DNA of 48,703 bases from Chloroflexota bacterium (GTDB taxonomy: Bacteria; Chloroflexota; Limnocylindria; Limnocylindrales; CSP1-4), in contig JAXDLE010000004.1 of the NCBI GenBank assembly GCA_034666725.1, positions 1 to 48,703 on the forward strand, written 5' to 3'. Below are positions 8,218 to 15,864 of the stretch, piece by piece. A program made the position numbers and the translations under genes. Below the pieces are notes generated by a model. The model was not told where the DNA came from and did not search any database. It was given only the letters and a program-made list of their open reading frames with translations. The first letter of the stretch is position 1. Every line of letters begins with the position of its first letter.

Positions 8218-10019
8218 TGCCAGTGGAAAGTCACCGCCGAGGCGTCAATCGGAGCGCCGAGCTCCAGACGGATCATATGTAGGACCAGCGGCAAGATGCA
8301 GTAGTCGCCCTCATATGTGCTGCGGCCTTCAACGGCGATTCCGTTGCCTGATTCCCGCAACGTGATTTCGATAGCCGCGCCACAGGGATCGCTCCCCCAC
8401 TCGATCTGCAGTTCGGTCATCCGATTTCCAGGATTGCCGAACCTGAACACGTCTGAGTCGTGACTAGCGAACGTGCTCTTCTGCGGGACTTCGCACCCCA
8501 CCACAAGGCCCGTGTAGTCAACGATCGTGGGATGCAACGACGCATTGTCGGCACGCCCAGTCGGTGGGCATTCGAAGGTAACCCCGGAAGAGGTCGGGGC
8601 AGGCGATGGCGACGTGGCATGTATCTCGCGCTCGTGGCGCACGACTACCTGATCCGCGTGGATCGAATGGGCCACCTGCAGGAAGATGTGCGTCTCGAAG
8701 ACAACGCCATCGCACAGCCTGATGGCCCGCGTGTACCGGGCGACCAAGTCATATCCAGTTGCGCTCCCCGTCAACGTGAGGATGTCAGGGCCATCGCAGG
8801 CCGGCACACTCGAATAACTGATCTCGAGCAACGCCACATCGCCCTCCGGATTGGAGATAGCGAACGGAATCGAGTCTCCGGGATTCTGAGAGGCCCCGCA
8901 GTCGGTGACTAACCCCGTTTCGTCGATGACCTTGGGAGCCAACAGTTGGCAATCGAGTTCACGGCTGATGGGTGCGCTCGTCGGTGAGGGTGCTGGTGGT
9001 GGGGATGGAAACGGAGGGGAATCGATGCGGGCGACGGTGTCCCAGAGCCAGCAAGGTGGTGGCGAGCCATCGTCGCAGCCGCCGTAGAGGCGCGGCGAGA
9101 TCGCGTAAAGCGCCTCGCGACCCTGGAAATTGGAAGCAAAGCGGTCTGCGGCCCCAACCTGCACCCTAAGGCGGTCGGGGTTCGGGCCAAAGTCTGTGTT
9201 TGGAGACAGGCTGCTGAGGAAGTCGGTGTTCTTGCAGTAGCGATTCGGCAAGCCGGGGATGACTGGGTGCGGGTTGAAGGTGCAGTCGATATCGACAAAT
9301 TGACCTGGCCGTGAGGTGTCGACGAGATATCCGCGGACGAGGACGGCTGCGTCAGGGCCGAGGGTAGTTGGATCCAGGTCCGAGGCGTCCGCCACCGTCC
9401 AGTCGTCGCCAGTCGCGGTCTCGTGGACAAGGCCGACGAATTCCACCTCTGCTTCACCCAGCACCCTCAGGGCGAGCACGCCATCAATCGGTGGCGTCGG
9501 GAAGTGGTAGTCGCGGCCGCCGTCCAGGGCCTCCCAAGAACCAGAGCCAGGCGCCTCAGTCGTGGGCGTGTAACGAGCCTCCACGCCCAGCGGCGGCTGT
9601 GCGCCCTCAAGCACACCGAGGGAACATGTACCGGTTGGCGGTGTGCACGTGTTCGCGCGGCTGAAAACGTCGCCAACCGTGATACGTCCTTGGACGAGAA
9701 CGGTCTGGCCGCGCAGTTGGCCGTGCGCGACCAATCCAGCGAACTCGGACGTGCTTAACACTCCGTCGTCGGCTGGCGTCGGACTTGCGGCGGGCGGCTG
9801 TGGGCCGAGACGCGGGAGGGCAACCACAAGGACGAGCAGCGCGGTAACGAGCGCGGCGACACCTAGCCGCGGCACCCAGGAAGAGCTTGGGACGCGTTGA
9901 GGACGCGTTTCGATCTCTTCGCGGACGGCGGGCAACATGACACGGCGCGGCCAGTCAGGTGCGACATGCGCGGCGTCGGCCCGGCGGCGCAGCTCGGCAG
10001 CCAACATGTCGTCGTTCAT
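8214..10019 (-). CDS. Single-pass membrane protein, putative anti-sigma factor with a large extracytoplasmic domain
   Basis: The ATG at 10019 (MNDDMLAAEL) overlaps the sigma-factor stop as ATGA. It has a short cytoplasmic N-terminus, one TM helix (LGVAALVTALLVLVVAL) and about 510 extracytoplasmic residues, including two tandem copies of a ~110-aa four-Cys module. The anti-sigma role is inferred from position only; no zf-HC2 motif is seen. Confidence 0.6.
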   Translation of the reverse strand: MNDDMLAAELRRRADAAHVAPDWPRRVMLPAVREEIETRPQRVPSSSWVPRLGVAALVTALLVLVVALPRLGPQPPAASPTPADDGVLSTSEFAGLVAHGQLRGQTVLVQGRITVGDVFSRANTCTPPTGTCSLGVLEGAQPPLGVEARYTPTTEAPGSGSWEALDGGRDYHFPTPPIDGVLALRVLGEAEVEFVGLVHETATGDDWTVADASDLDPTTLGPDAAVLVRGYLVDTSRPGQFVDIDCTFNPHPVIPGLPNRYCKNTDFLSSLSPNTDFGPNPDRLRVQVGAADRFASNFQGREALYAISPRLYGGCDDGSPPPCWLWDTVARIDSPPFPSPPPAPSPTSAPISRELDCQLLAPKVIDETGLVTDCGASQNPGDSIPFAISNPEGDVALLEISYSSVPACDGPDILTLTGSATGYDLVARYTRAIRLCDGVVFETHIFLQVAHSIHADQVVVRHEREIHATSPSPAPTSSGVTFECPPTGRADNASLHPTIVDYTGLVVGCEVPQKSTFASHDSDVFRFGNPGNRMTELQIEWGSDPCGAAIEITLRESGNGIAVEGRSTYEGDYCILPLVLHMIRLELGAPIDASAVTFHWQ

Positions 10020-10531
10020 CGCTCGAGCTCCGCGGCGAGCGCCTTGCGCGCCCGGGAGAGGCGCCACTTCACTGTTCCAGAAGGGATGCCCAGCCACCCT
10101 CCGATCTCACGCACGTCGTAGCCATGCAGATGGTGCAGCACCAGCAGCGAGCGCTGGTCGGCCGAGAGTCGGTTGAAGGCAACGTCGAAGTCTGATGTTG
10201 CAGCGGGTGAATCGGTGGCCGGCTGGGCGTAGATCGAATCGGCTGAATCGGGCATCTGGATCTCGCGCACCCGTCCGCGGTGGCGGAGCGCCATGCGGCA
10301 CTGGTTGATGAGGATGCGGCCCAGCCAGGCGTCGAAGCGCTCCGGATCGCGGAGCCCGCTGAAGCCGCGCCAGGCGTGAACGAACGACTCCTGGACCGCG
10401 TCACGCGCATCCGCCTCGTTGCCCAAGATCGCGAGCGCGGTCCGGAACAACGGTTCAGCTTTGGCGACAACGACCAATTCGAAGGCCTCCCGATCGCCCG
10501 AGCGCGCTCTGAGCAGGAGCTCGCGATCCAT
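10016..10531 (-). CDS. ECF-type RNA polymerase sigma-70 factor
   Basis: Region 2 is ADARDAVQESFVHAWRGFSGLRDPERFDAWLGRILINQC. Region 4 is LSADQRSLLVLHHLHGYDVREIGGWLGIPSGTVKWRLSRARKAL. Confidence 0.9.
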   Translation of the reverse strand: MDRELLLRARSGDREAFELVVVAKAEPLFRTALAILGNEADARDAVQESFVHAWRGFSGLRDPERFDAWLGRILINQCRMALRHRGRVREIQMPDSADSIYAQPATDSPAATSDFDVAFNRLSADQRSLLVLHHLHGYDVREIGGWLGIPSGTVKWRLSRARKALAAELER

Positions 10532-10626
10532 CGCCTCCCCTACGTGCCACCCGGGTTACACCTGAATTGATGCCGGCCGGGGCGCTTTGGTTGGTCCTCG
10601 CTGCAGGCTAGTGCGAGAATCGGCTC

Positions 10627-11052
10627 ATGGCGCGCTACTTTGCGATCGATGAGGCCAACGCGCGGCTGGCCGACGTTGAGCCGCTGCTCGAGCAGCTCAA
10701 GGCCGACCGCGACCACGTGGCCGAGCTGCAACCGCAGATCGAGCGCGGCCAGAAGTCGAACGGCTCGGCCGAGCACGCCGAGCAGCTGGCCGAGATGGAG
10801 CGCGAGCAACGCCACGCCGTGCGGCGCATGCAGGACGCGGTCAATCAGATCGACGACCTGGGCATCACCTTGCGCGACATCAACACCGGGCTGATCGACT
10901 TCCCGGCCCTCGCCAGCGGCCGGCCCATCTGGCTGTGCTGGCGACTCGGCGAGGGAGACGCTATCAATTGGTGGCACGAGGTGGACAAGGGCTTCGACTC
11001 ACGCCAGCCGTTGAGTGAGCTGGGCCAGGGCGGCGAGGGTGGCCGCGCCTAA
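10627..11052 (+). CDS. DUF2203-like protein
   Basis: The N-terminus is RYFAIDEANARLADVEPLL. The C-terminal segment is GITLRDINTGLIDFPALASGRPIWLCWRLGEGDAINWWHEVDKGF. The family name is recalled from memory. Confidence 0.7.
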   Translation: MARYFAIDEANARLADVEPLLEQLKADRDHVAELQPQIERGQKSNGSAEHAEQLAEMEREQRHAVRRMQDAVNQIDDLGITLRDINTGLIDFPALASGRPIWLCWRLGEGDAINWWHEVDKGFDSRQPLSELGQGGEGGRA

Positions 11053-11061
11053 GCGAACGGA

Positions 11062-12561
11062 TTAGGGCGCGTAGTCGTCCTGTGGCGGCGGCCGGAAGCG
11101 GCCGCGCGTCATGAAGCGGACGACGCGGAACGTCTCGGGCTTGTGCGAGTACATCCCGCCCACCGCGCTCAGCAGGAAAAGATCCCCGATCGCAGCCGAC
11201 CCCGCGACGATGTAGCCCAGCTGCTGGCCGATCTCACCCTTGATCGACAGTGCGGGGACGGTGATCCCGAACAGCCCCAGGCGGAAGAACGGCGTCTGCG
11301 GTGCCAGGTCGGCGCGCAACGAGGTCGCGAGGAGCCCGCTGTCGTTCGAGCCGCCGGTCAGGAACACGTGCTGGCCGATGGGTGCGGCGGTGGATCCGGT
11401 CCGCGGCTCGAGCAGGTTCGTGGCATCGAGCTGCGACCACTTCGAGATTGTCCCGTCACTCGAGTTGGGCACGGCCCAGTAAGCGGTGTTGGTCGCTTTC
11501 TGGTCGGGGCCGCGGCCGCCGATGACCCAGATGGCGCCCGAGTTGACGAACGTCGTCGCACCGGCACGCGGCACGGGCAGGGCCGCTGAAGCTGACTGGC
11601 CGACCGACATGCCCCAGCCGTTGGGACGGTTGGTCTTGGTGCTGAGCGCGGGGTGGCCCTTTGTGTCGAGGCCCAGGTAATAGACCAAGTTGGTCGTGCC
11701 GCCCGGCCCAACACCGCCCAGGACGTAGACCGCTCCACCGGTGTTCGCGGCGGTTGCCTCGGCGCGCGGCTCGGGCAAGACGAGCTCCGTCAGCTCGGTC
11801 CACTTCGTGAGCTTGGATGTCGCGGCGTCAAGGGCGCTGTACCAGACCTTGTCCGACAGACCGTCCGGGGTGCGACCACCGAACAGGTATAGCCCGCTGG
11901 CGGTAGAGGTGCCGACGGCATCACTCACTGCCACCGGCAAGCCGAGAACGGTCGACTCGGTCCAGCCGGTGAGTACACCCTTCTCGATCGTGCCCTGATA
12001 AACCGTTTGCGTGGGTTGCCCACCCGCGTCCAGGCCACCTATCACGTATGGCACGCCAGCGAGGTTGAGGATCACGGCGTGGCTGCGGGGTGCCGGTAGC
12101 TCTGGCGCGGCCCCCCATATCGCGAGGTTGCCGTCTTCGCGGACCTCGGTCGAGACGACGCTGCCCGTGGGTCCGGCAGCGGTCTCGCCGCCGATCAGGT
12201 ACATGGTCGTGCCGCTCGTGTAGACGACCGCCCCCGTGCGGCCTTCGGGCAGTGCCAGCTCAGGCGGGCTGGCATCCCACGGGATGATCGCGCCGGCCGG
12301 CGCCGGACAGGGCAGCTTGCGCGCGCCACGGTCGTTCTCGCCGGGGCACAGATTGACCGGGCTGATCGCGTTGAAGCCAAGATCGAGCGTGGGTTGGACC
12401 GTCAGGTAATACGCCCGGTCGGGCACATAGCCCAGCAGGAAGATGGCCAGCAGGAACCAGAAGGTGGCCTTGATCGTGGCCCACGACCAGCCATCGGCGT
12501 CGAGCAGACCAAAGGCCGTCCGCCGACGGACCGCTCCCGGCGGCAGCGCGTACTGGGCCAT
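11062..12561 (-). CDS. Membrane-anchored six-bladed Kelch-repeat beta-propeller protein
   Basis: The ATG at 12561 (MAQYALPP) shares one base with the upstream TAA (TAATG). The N-terminal TM helix is WATIKATFWFLLAIFLLGYV. Six repeats end in xxxGG (MYLIGGETAAG, PYVIGGLDAGG, LYLFGGRTPDG, VYVLGGVGPGG, IWVIGGRGPDQ, VFLTGGSNDSG). A C-terminal hydrophobic segment is present. The 125-codon upstream extension in the track is Arg-rich and rejected. Confidence 0.8.
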   Translation of the reverse strand: MAQYALPPGAVRRRTAFGLLDADGWSWATIKATFWFLLAIFLLGYVPDRAYYLTVQPTLDLGFNAISPVNLCPGENDRGARKLPCPAPAGAIIPWDASPPELALPEGRTGAVVYTSGTTMYLIGGETAAGPTGSVVSTEVREDGNLAIWGAAPELPAPRSHAVILNLAGVPYVIGGLDAGGQPTQTVYQGTIEKGVLTGWTESTVLGLPVAVSDAVGTSTASGLYLFGGRTPDGLSDKVWYSALDAATSKLTKWTELTELVLPEPRAEATAANTGGAVYVLGGVGPGGTTNLVYYLGLDTKGHPALSTKTNRPNGWGMSVGQSASAALPVPRAGATTFVNSGAIWVIGGRGPDQKATNTAYWAVPNSSDGTISKWSQLDATNLLEPRTGSTAAPIGQHVFLTGGSNDSGLLATSLRADLAPQTPFFRLGLFGITVPALSIKGEIGQQLGYIVAGSAAIGDLFLLSAVGGMYSHKPETFRVVRFMTRGRFRPPPQDDYAP

Positions 12562-13796
12562 TACGGTGTCGCGCTCGGCGAGGCGGCAGGCGAGGCGGCC
12601 GGGGACGCGGCCGGAGAGGCCCCCGGTGATGCTCCACTGCCGCCTGGCTGCTGCACGACGATGTCGCCGTGCATGTCCTGGTAGTGACCCTGCATGGTGC
12701 AGGCGAATTGCGGCTGGTCGGGCACGTTCGCGACCGTCCAGGTGAACTTCTGCGTGCCGCTCTCGAAGGGAGGCACGCCCGGCAGCTCGGTGTTCTCGGG
12801 CGCCGTGGGCAGCTCCGCCGCGGGGCCGATGTGGAAGTTGTGGTTGCTGCCGGCGTCGTTTGTGATGTCGAACTCGATCGTCTCGCCCTGGACGACGGCG
12901 ATCTGCGTGATGGGCGCGCCACTCGCGTCGACCCATTGCAGCTGGGCGTTGGCGTGGATCTCGATGGCCCGTGGGTTCTCAGCGGTGCCCGGGCTCGTCA
13001 CCGGGGCGGGCGTGCCCGGCGCGGCCGTGCCGGATGGTGTGGCGCGCCAGCAGGCAGGAACAGGCGTCGCGTCGGGCGGCGGCGAATAGCTCGGGTCGCG
13101 CCAGCCTTCCACGTCGAGCGGCGGCGGGATCGTCTCCGGGGGCAGTACGTGCTGCGGCTGGTAGACGAACTTCGTGTCCTTGCTCGCGGTGATGAACTTG
13201 ATGATGTCTTCGACTTCGCGGTAGTTGAGCGGGCCCTTGGGCTGGAGCCAGGCGGGCATGACGCTGTTGGGATCGCCACAGACGATGCGCCCGCCTTCAG
13301 TGAGGACCGAGCGGATGTAGTCGGGGTTGAGATGGCCGTTGCCTGACGCGCCCGTGGTGGTCAAGACGTTGTAGAGCTTGGCCTGGTCGTTGAGCGGCGG
13401 GCCGACGCCGCCCTGGCCCAGCGGGCCATGGCAGCGCGCGCAGTTGGCCAGGAACAGCGCGTAGCCGCGCGAGACGTCGGTGACGTACTGGTCCTCTGTC
13501 TCGGAGTCGAGCCGCCCGCCGAAACCAACGACCGGCAGGCCGATGTCATAGAGCCAATAGAGCGGGATGAAGAGCACGATCAGCAGCGCCGCGAGGAAGG
13601 CAATCATCCGCGCGTTGCCGCTCTGCTTGACGATCTGGGTCGCGCGCCCCTCGGTCAGGCCAACCGTGTGTGCCTGCTCGCCGGCGGAAAAGCGCACGGC
13701 GGCCGAAGCGGATGCGGTGGGGACGTCGGGCTCGCGTGGCGTTACCGCGCCCGCCGGTTCGTCCGGCCGTGGCACGAGGTTGCGGTCGTCCACCAT
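12561..13796 (-). CDS. Membrane-anchored monoheme cytochrome c fused to a type-1 copper (cupredoxin) domain
   Basis: The TM anchor is MIAFLAALLIVLFIPLYWLY. The heme motif is CARCH (13428-13442), with a possible Met ligand in SVMPAW. The C-terminal copper loop is CTMQGHYQDM (12672-12701), which has the azurin-type C-x4-H-x3-M spacing, with an upstream His in SNHNFHIG. A PAS-rich tail follows. The start overlaps the Rieske stop (TAATG). Confidence 0.8.
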   Translation of the reverse strand: MVDDRNLVPRPDEPAGAVTPREPDVPTASASAAVRFSAGEQAHTVGLTEGRATQIVKQSGNARMIAFLAALLIVLFIPLYWLYDIGLPVVGFGGRLDSETEDQYVTDVSRGYALFLANCARCHGPLGQGGVGPPLNDQAKLYNVLTTTGASGNGHLNPDYIRSVLTEGGRIVCGDPNSVMPAWLQPKGPLNYREVEDIIKFITASKDTKFVYQPQHVLPPETIPPPLDVEGWRDPSYSPPPDATPVPACWRATPSGTAAPGTPAPVTSPGTAENPRAIEIHANAQLQWVDASGAPITQIAVVQGETIEFDITNDAGSNHNFHIGPAAELPTAPENTELPGVPPFESGTQKFTWTVANVPDQPQFACTMQGHYQDMHGDIVVQQPGGSGASPGASPAASPAASPAASPSATP

Positions 13797-14464
13797 TAGA
13801 TACAGCCCTGCGGCGAGCGCGGCGGGATGAGTCCGGGCTGGCCGAGCGGTACAGGCAGCGGGCCCAGGGTGATCTTGGATGTGTCGACCGTCAGCACGCC
13901 GCCTTCGATGGTGTGAGCGAAACGGTCGAGCGAGCGCGGCGCCGGGCCGAGCTCGCGGATCTTGATGCCGAGCCGGTCATAGCGCGAGCCGTGGCACGGG
14001 CACTCGAACCAGTAGTTGGTCGTGCAGAAGTTGGGCTTGCAGCCGAGGTGCGGACAGCGCTGATATAGCGTGCGCACGTTGGTGTTGAGACCCTCGCCGT
14101 CCGTCGACGTGCCGTCGGCGAAGCCGCGCGATGGATCGATCAGCTGGACGTAGCAGCGCGCCTGCGAGATGTAAGACGGGGCACCGTCCTGGAGGGTCGC
14201 GCCGCGCACCGCCTGGTTGTCGCCGACAACGACCATGTCACCGAGCTCGATCAGCCCCCCGAAACCCTTCGACAGGTTGGGCCACAGGAAGCCGAGCAGG
14301 CCGCCGGTGACTTCGAGCAGCCACAGACCGACACCGGCACCGATCGACCGCCGAATCAGCGTTCGCCGCGACAGCCCGGCAGGCCGGCCCTGGCGCATCT
14401 CGCGCAGCACGTCGCGCGTGAGCGTGCGCGGCTCCTGCCAGCGGGCGAGCTTCCAATTACCCAT
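13796..14464 (-). CDS. Rieske [2Fe-2S] subunit of a cytochrome bc/b6-type complex
   Basis: The Rieske boxes are CPHLGC and CPCHGSRYD. A Tat-like signal/anchor is present (RRTLIRRSIGAGVGLWLL). The ATG at 14464 (MGNWKLARW) overlaps the upstream TAA as TAATG. The upstream 96 codons of the track ORF are rejected. Confidence 0.9.
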   Translation of the reverse strand: MGNWKLARWQEPRTLTRDVLREMRQGRPAGLSRRTLIRRSIGAGVGLWLLEVTGGLLGFLWPNLSKGFGGLIELGDMVVVGDNQAVRGATLQDGAPSYISQARCYVQLIDPSRGFADGTSTDGEGLNTNVRTLYQRCPHLGCKPNFCTTNYWFECPCHGSRYDRLGIKIRELGPAPRSLDRFAHTIEGGVLTVDTSKITLGPLPVPLGQPGLIPPRSPQGCI

Positions 14465-15117
14465 TACAGGGCGAACCACAGGCCGTTTTCCCACGGCACC
14501 GTGTAGCCGTAGCCCGGGCCGCGGAAGAACGCGCCCAAGAACGTAATGAACAACCCGGCGGCGCAGAACAACGTGAAGATCACGATGCCCAGCTTGCGAT
14601 CGGCGGGACGGGACGAGCCGCCGTCGCCGCGCGGTCCGCGATCCATGTACGGAATCGCGCCGATCGCGATGAAGATCGACAGGATGGGGATCGCGCCCGC
14701 GACCGTGGGGTGGAAGTAGGCGAGCAGCTCCTGGATGCCGACCAGGTACCACGGCGCCTTGGCAACGGCAGGCGTGGCGATGGGGTTGGCGAGCTCCTCG
14801 AGCGGCGCATTCACGAACAGACCCATCATCAGCAGGAAGACGCTCATGACCGCCGCGGCGAAGAACTCGATCGACAGCAGGTGCGGCCAGGTCATGACCG
14901 TGTCGTCGGGTTCCTTCTGTACGCGAACGACCGCATCCTGCTTGACCAGCGCCAGCAGGCGGTACGGCTTCGCGGCCATTGGCACGCGCTGCTTGTCGAT
15001 CTCCGTAGTGCGCCGCTCGGGCGGCGCCGCGGGCAGCGTCGAGCGCGTCTTCTCAGCCGGCGCGGCCGAGGCCGGCGTGGCCGGTGCGGGCAGGTTGGAT
15101 TTCTTCTCGTCCGTCAT
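14464..15117 (-). CDS. Cytochrome b C-terminal domain protein (subunit IV-like) with a Pro/Ala-rich N-terminal extension
   Basis: Three TM helices follow TWPHLLSIEFF. The segment APWYLVGIQELL occupies the position of the PEWY quinol-site motif. The gene lies 15 nt downstream of the b6 gene. Confidence 0.8.
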   Translation of the reverse strand: MTDEKKSNLPAPATPASAAPAEKTRSTLPAAPPERRTTEIDKQRVPMAAKPYRLLALVKQDAVVRVQKEPDDTVMTWPHLLSIEFFAAAVMSVFLLMMGLFVNAPLEELANPIATPAVAKAPWYLVGIQELLAYFHPTVAGAIPILSIFIAIGAIPYMDRGPRGDGGSSRPADRKLGIVIFTLFCAAGLFITFLGAFFRGPGYGYTVPWENGLWFAL

Positions 15118-15132
15118 CGGTCGGTCATATCT

Positions 15133-15864
15133 CTAGAGCGGCCCGCTGATGCCGCCGTCTTTCCTGATCCGCCAGAAGTGGACGGCCAGGAACACCGCGG
15201 CAGTGAGCGGCAACAGGATCACGTGGAGAACATAGAAGCGCAGCAAGGTGTTCTGCGACACCTCGATGCCGCCGAAGATGAGCAGCTGCGAGGGCCGAGC
15301 GACAAGCGGCACGTACGAGGCGATGTTGTCGCCGATCGTCACGGCCCAGAAGGCGATCTGGTCCCACGGCAGCAGATAGCCAGTGAACGAAAGCGCGATC
15401 GTGAAGAACAGCAGCAGCGTTCCGATCACCCAGTTGAACTCACGCGGCGGCTTGTAGGCCCCGTGGTAGAAGACCCGCATCATGTGCAGGAAGACGAAGA
15501 ACACCATGAGGTGCGCCGCCCAGCGGTGGATGTTGCGCGTCAGCAGACCGAATGGAACCTCAGCCTGGATGCGCAGGATGTCGTCGTAGGCGCTCGTCGA
15601 TGACGGCACGTAGAAGAACATCAGGAACACGCCGGTCACGGTGAGCACCAGGAAGAAGAAGAACGACAGGCCACCCAGGCAGAACGTGTAGGCGAACTTG
15701 ACCGCGTGCTGGCGGACGCGCACCGGGTGCAGGTGGAGAAAGACGTTGTTCATGACCGCGTACGCACGCGATCGCTCGTCCGTGGGATACGGCTGACGGA
15801 AGAGGGAGCGCCACAGCGCGCTGCGCCGCAGCGCCACGTCCACGCGCTCGAAGAACCCTCTCAA
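15133..15864 (-). CDS. Cytochrome b6-type subunit (N-terminal four-helix cytochrome b)
   Basis: The heme ligands are spaced H-x13-H ([16 protein letters not shown]) and H-x14-H ([16 protein letters not shown]). The FCLGG motif carries the conserved Cys (15679-15681). [12 protein letters not shown] is also present. The TTG start overlaps the upstream stop (TTGA). Confidence 0.92.
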   Translation of the reverse strand: MRGFFERVDVALRRSALWRSLFRQPYPTDERSRAYAVMNNVFLHLHPVRVRQHAVKFAYTFCLGGLSFFFFLVLTVTGVFLMFFYVPSSTSAYDDILRIQAEVPFGLLTRNIHRWAAHLMVFFVFLHMMRVFYHGAYKPPREFNWVIGTLLLFFTIALSFTGYLLPWDQIAFWAVTIGDNIASYVPLVARPSQLLIFGGIEVSQNTLLRFYVLHVILLPLTAAVFLAVHFWRIRKDGGISGPL

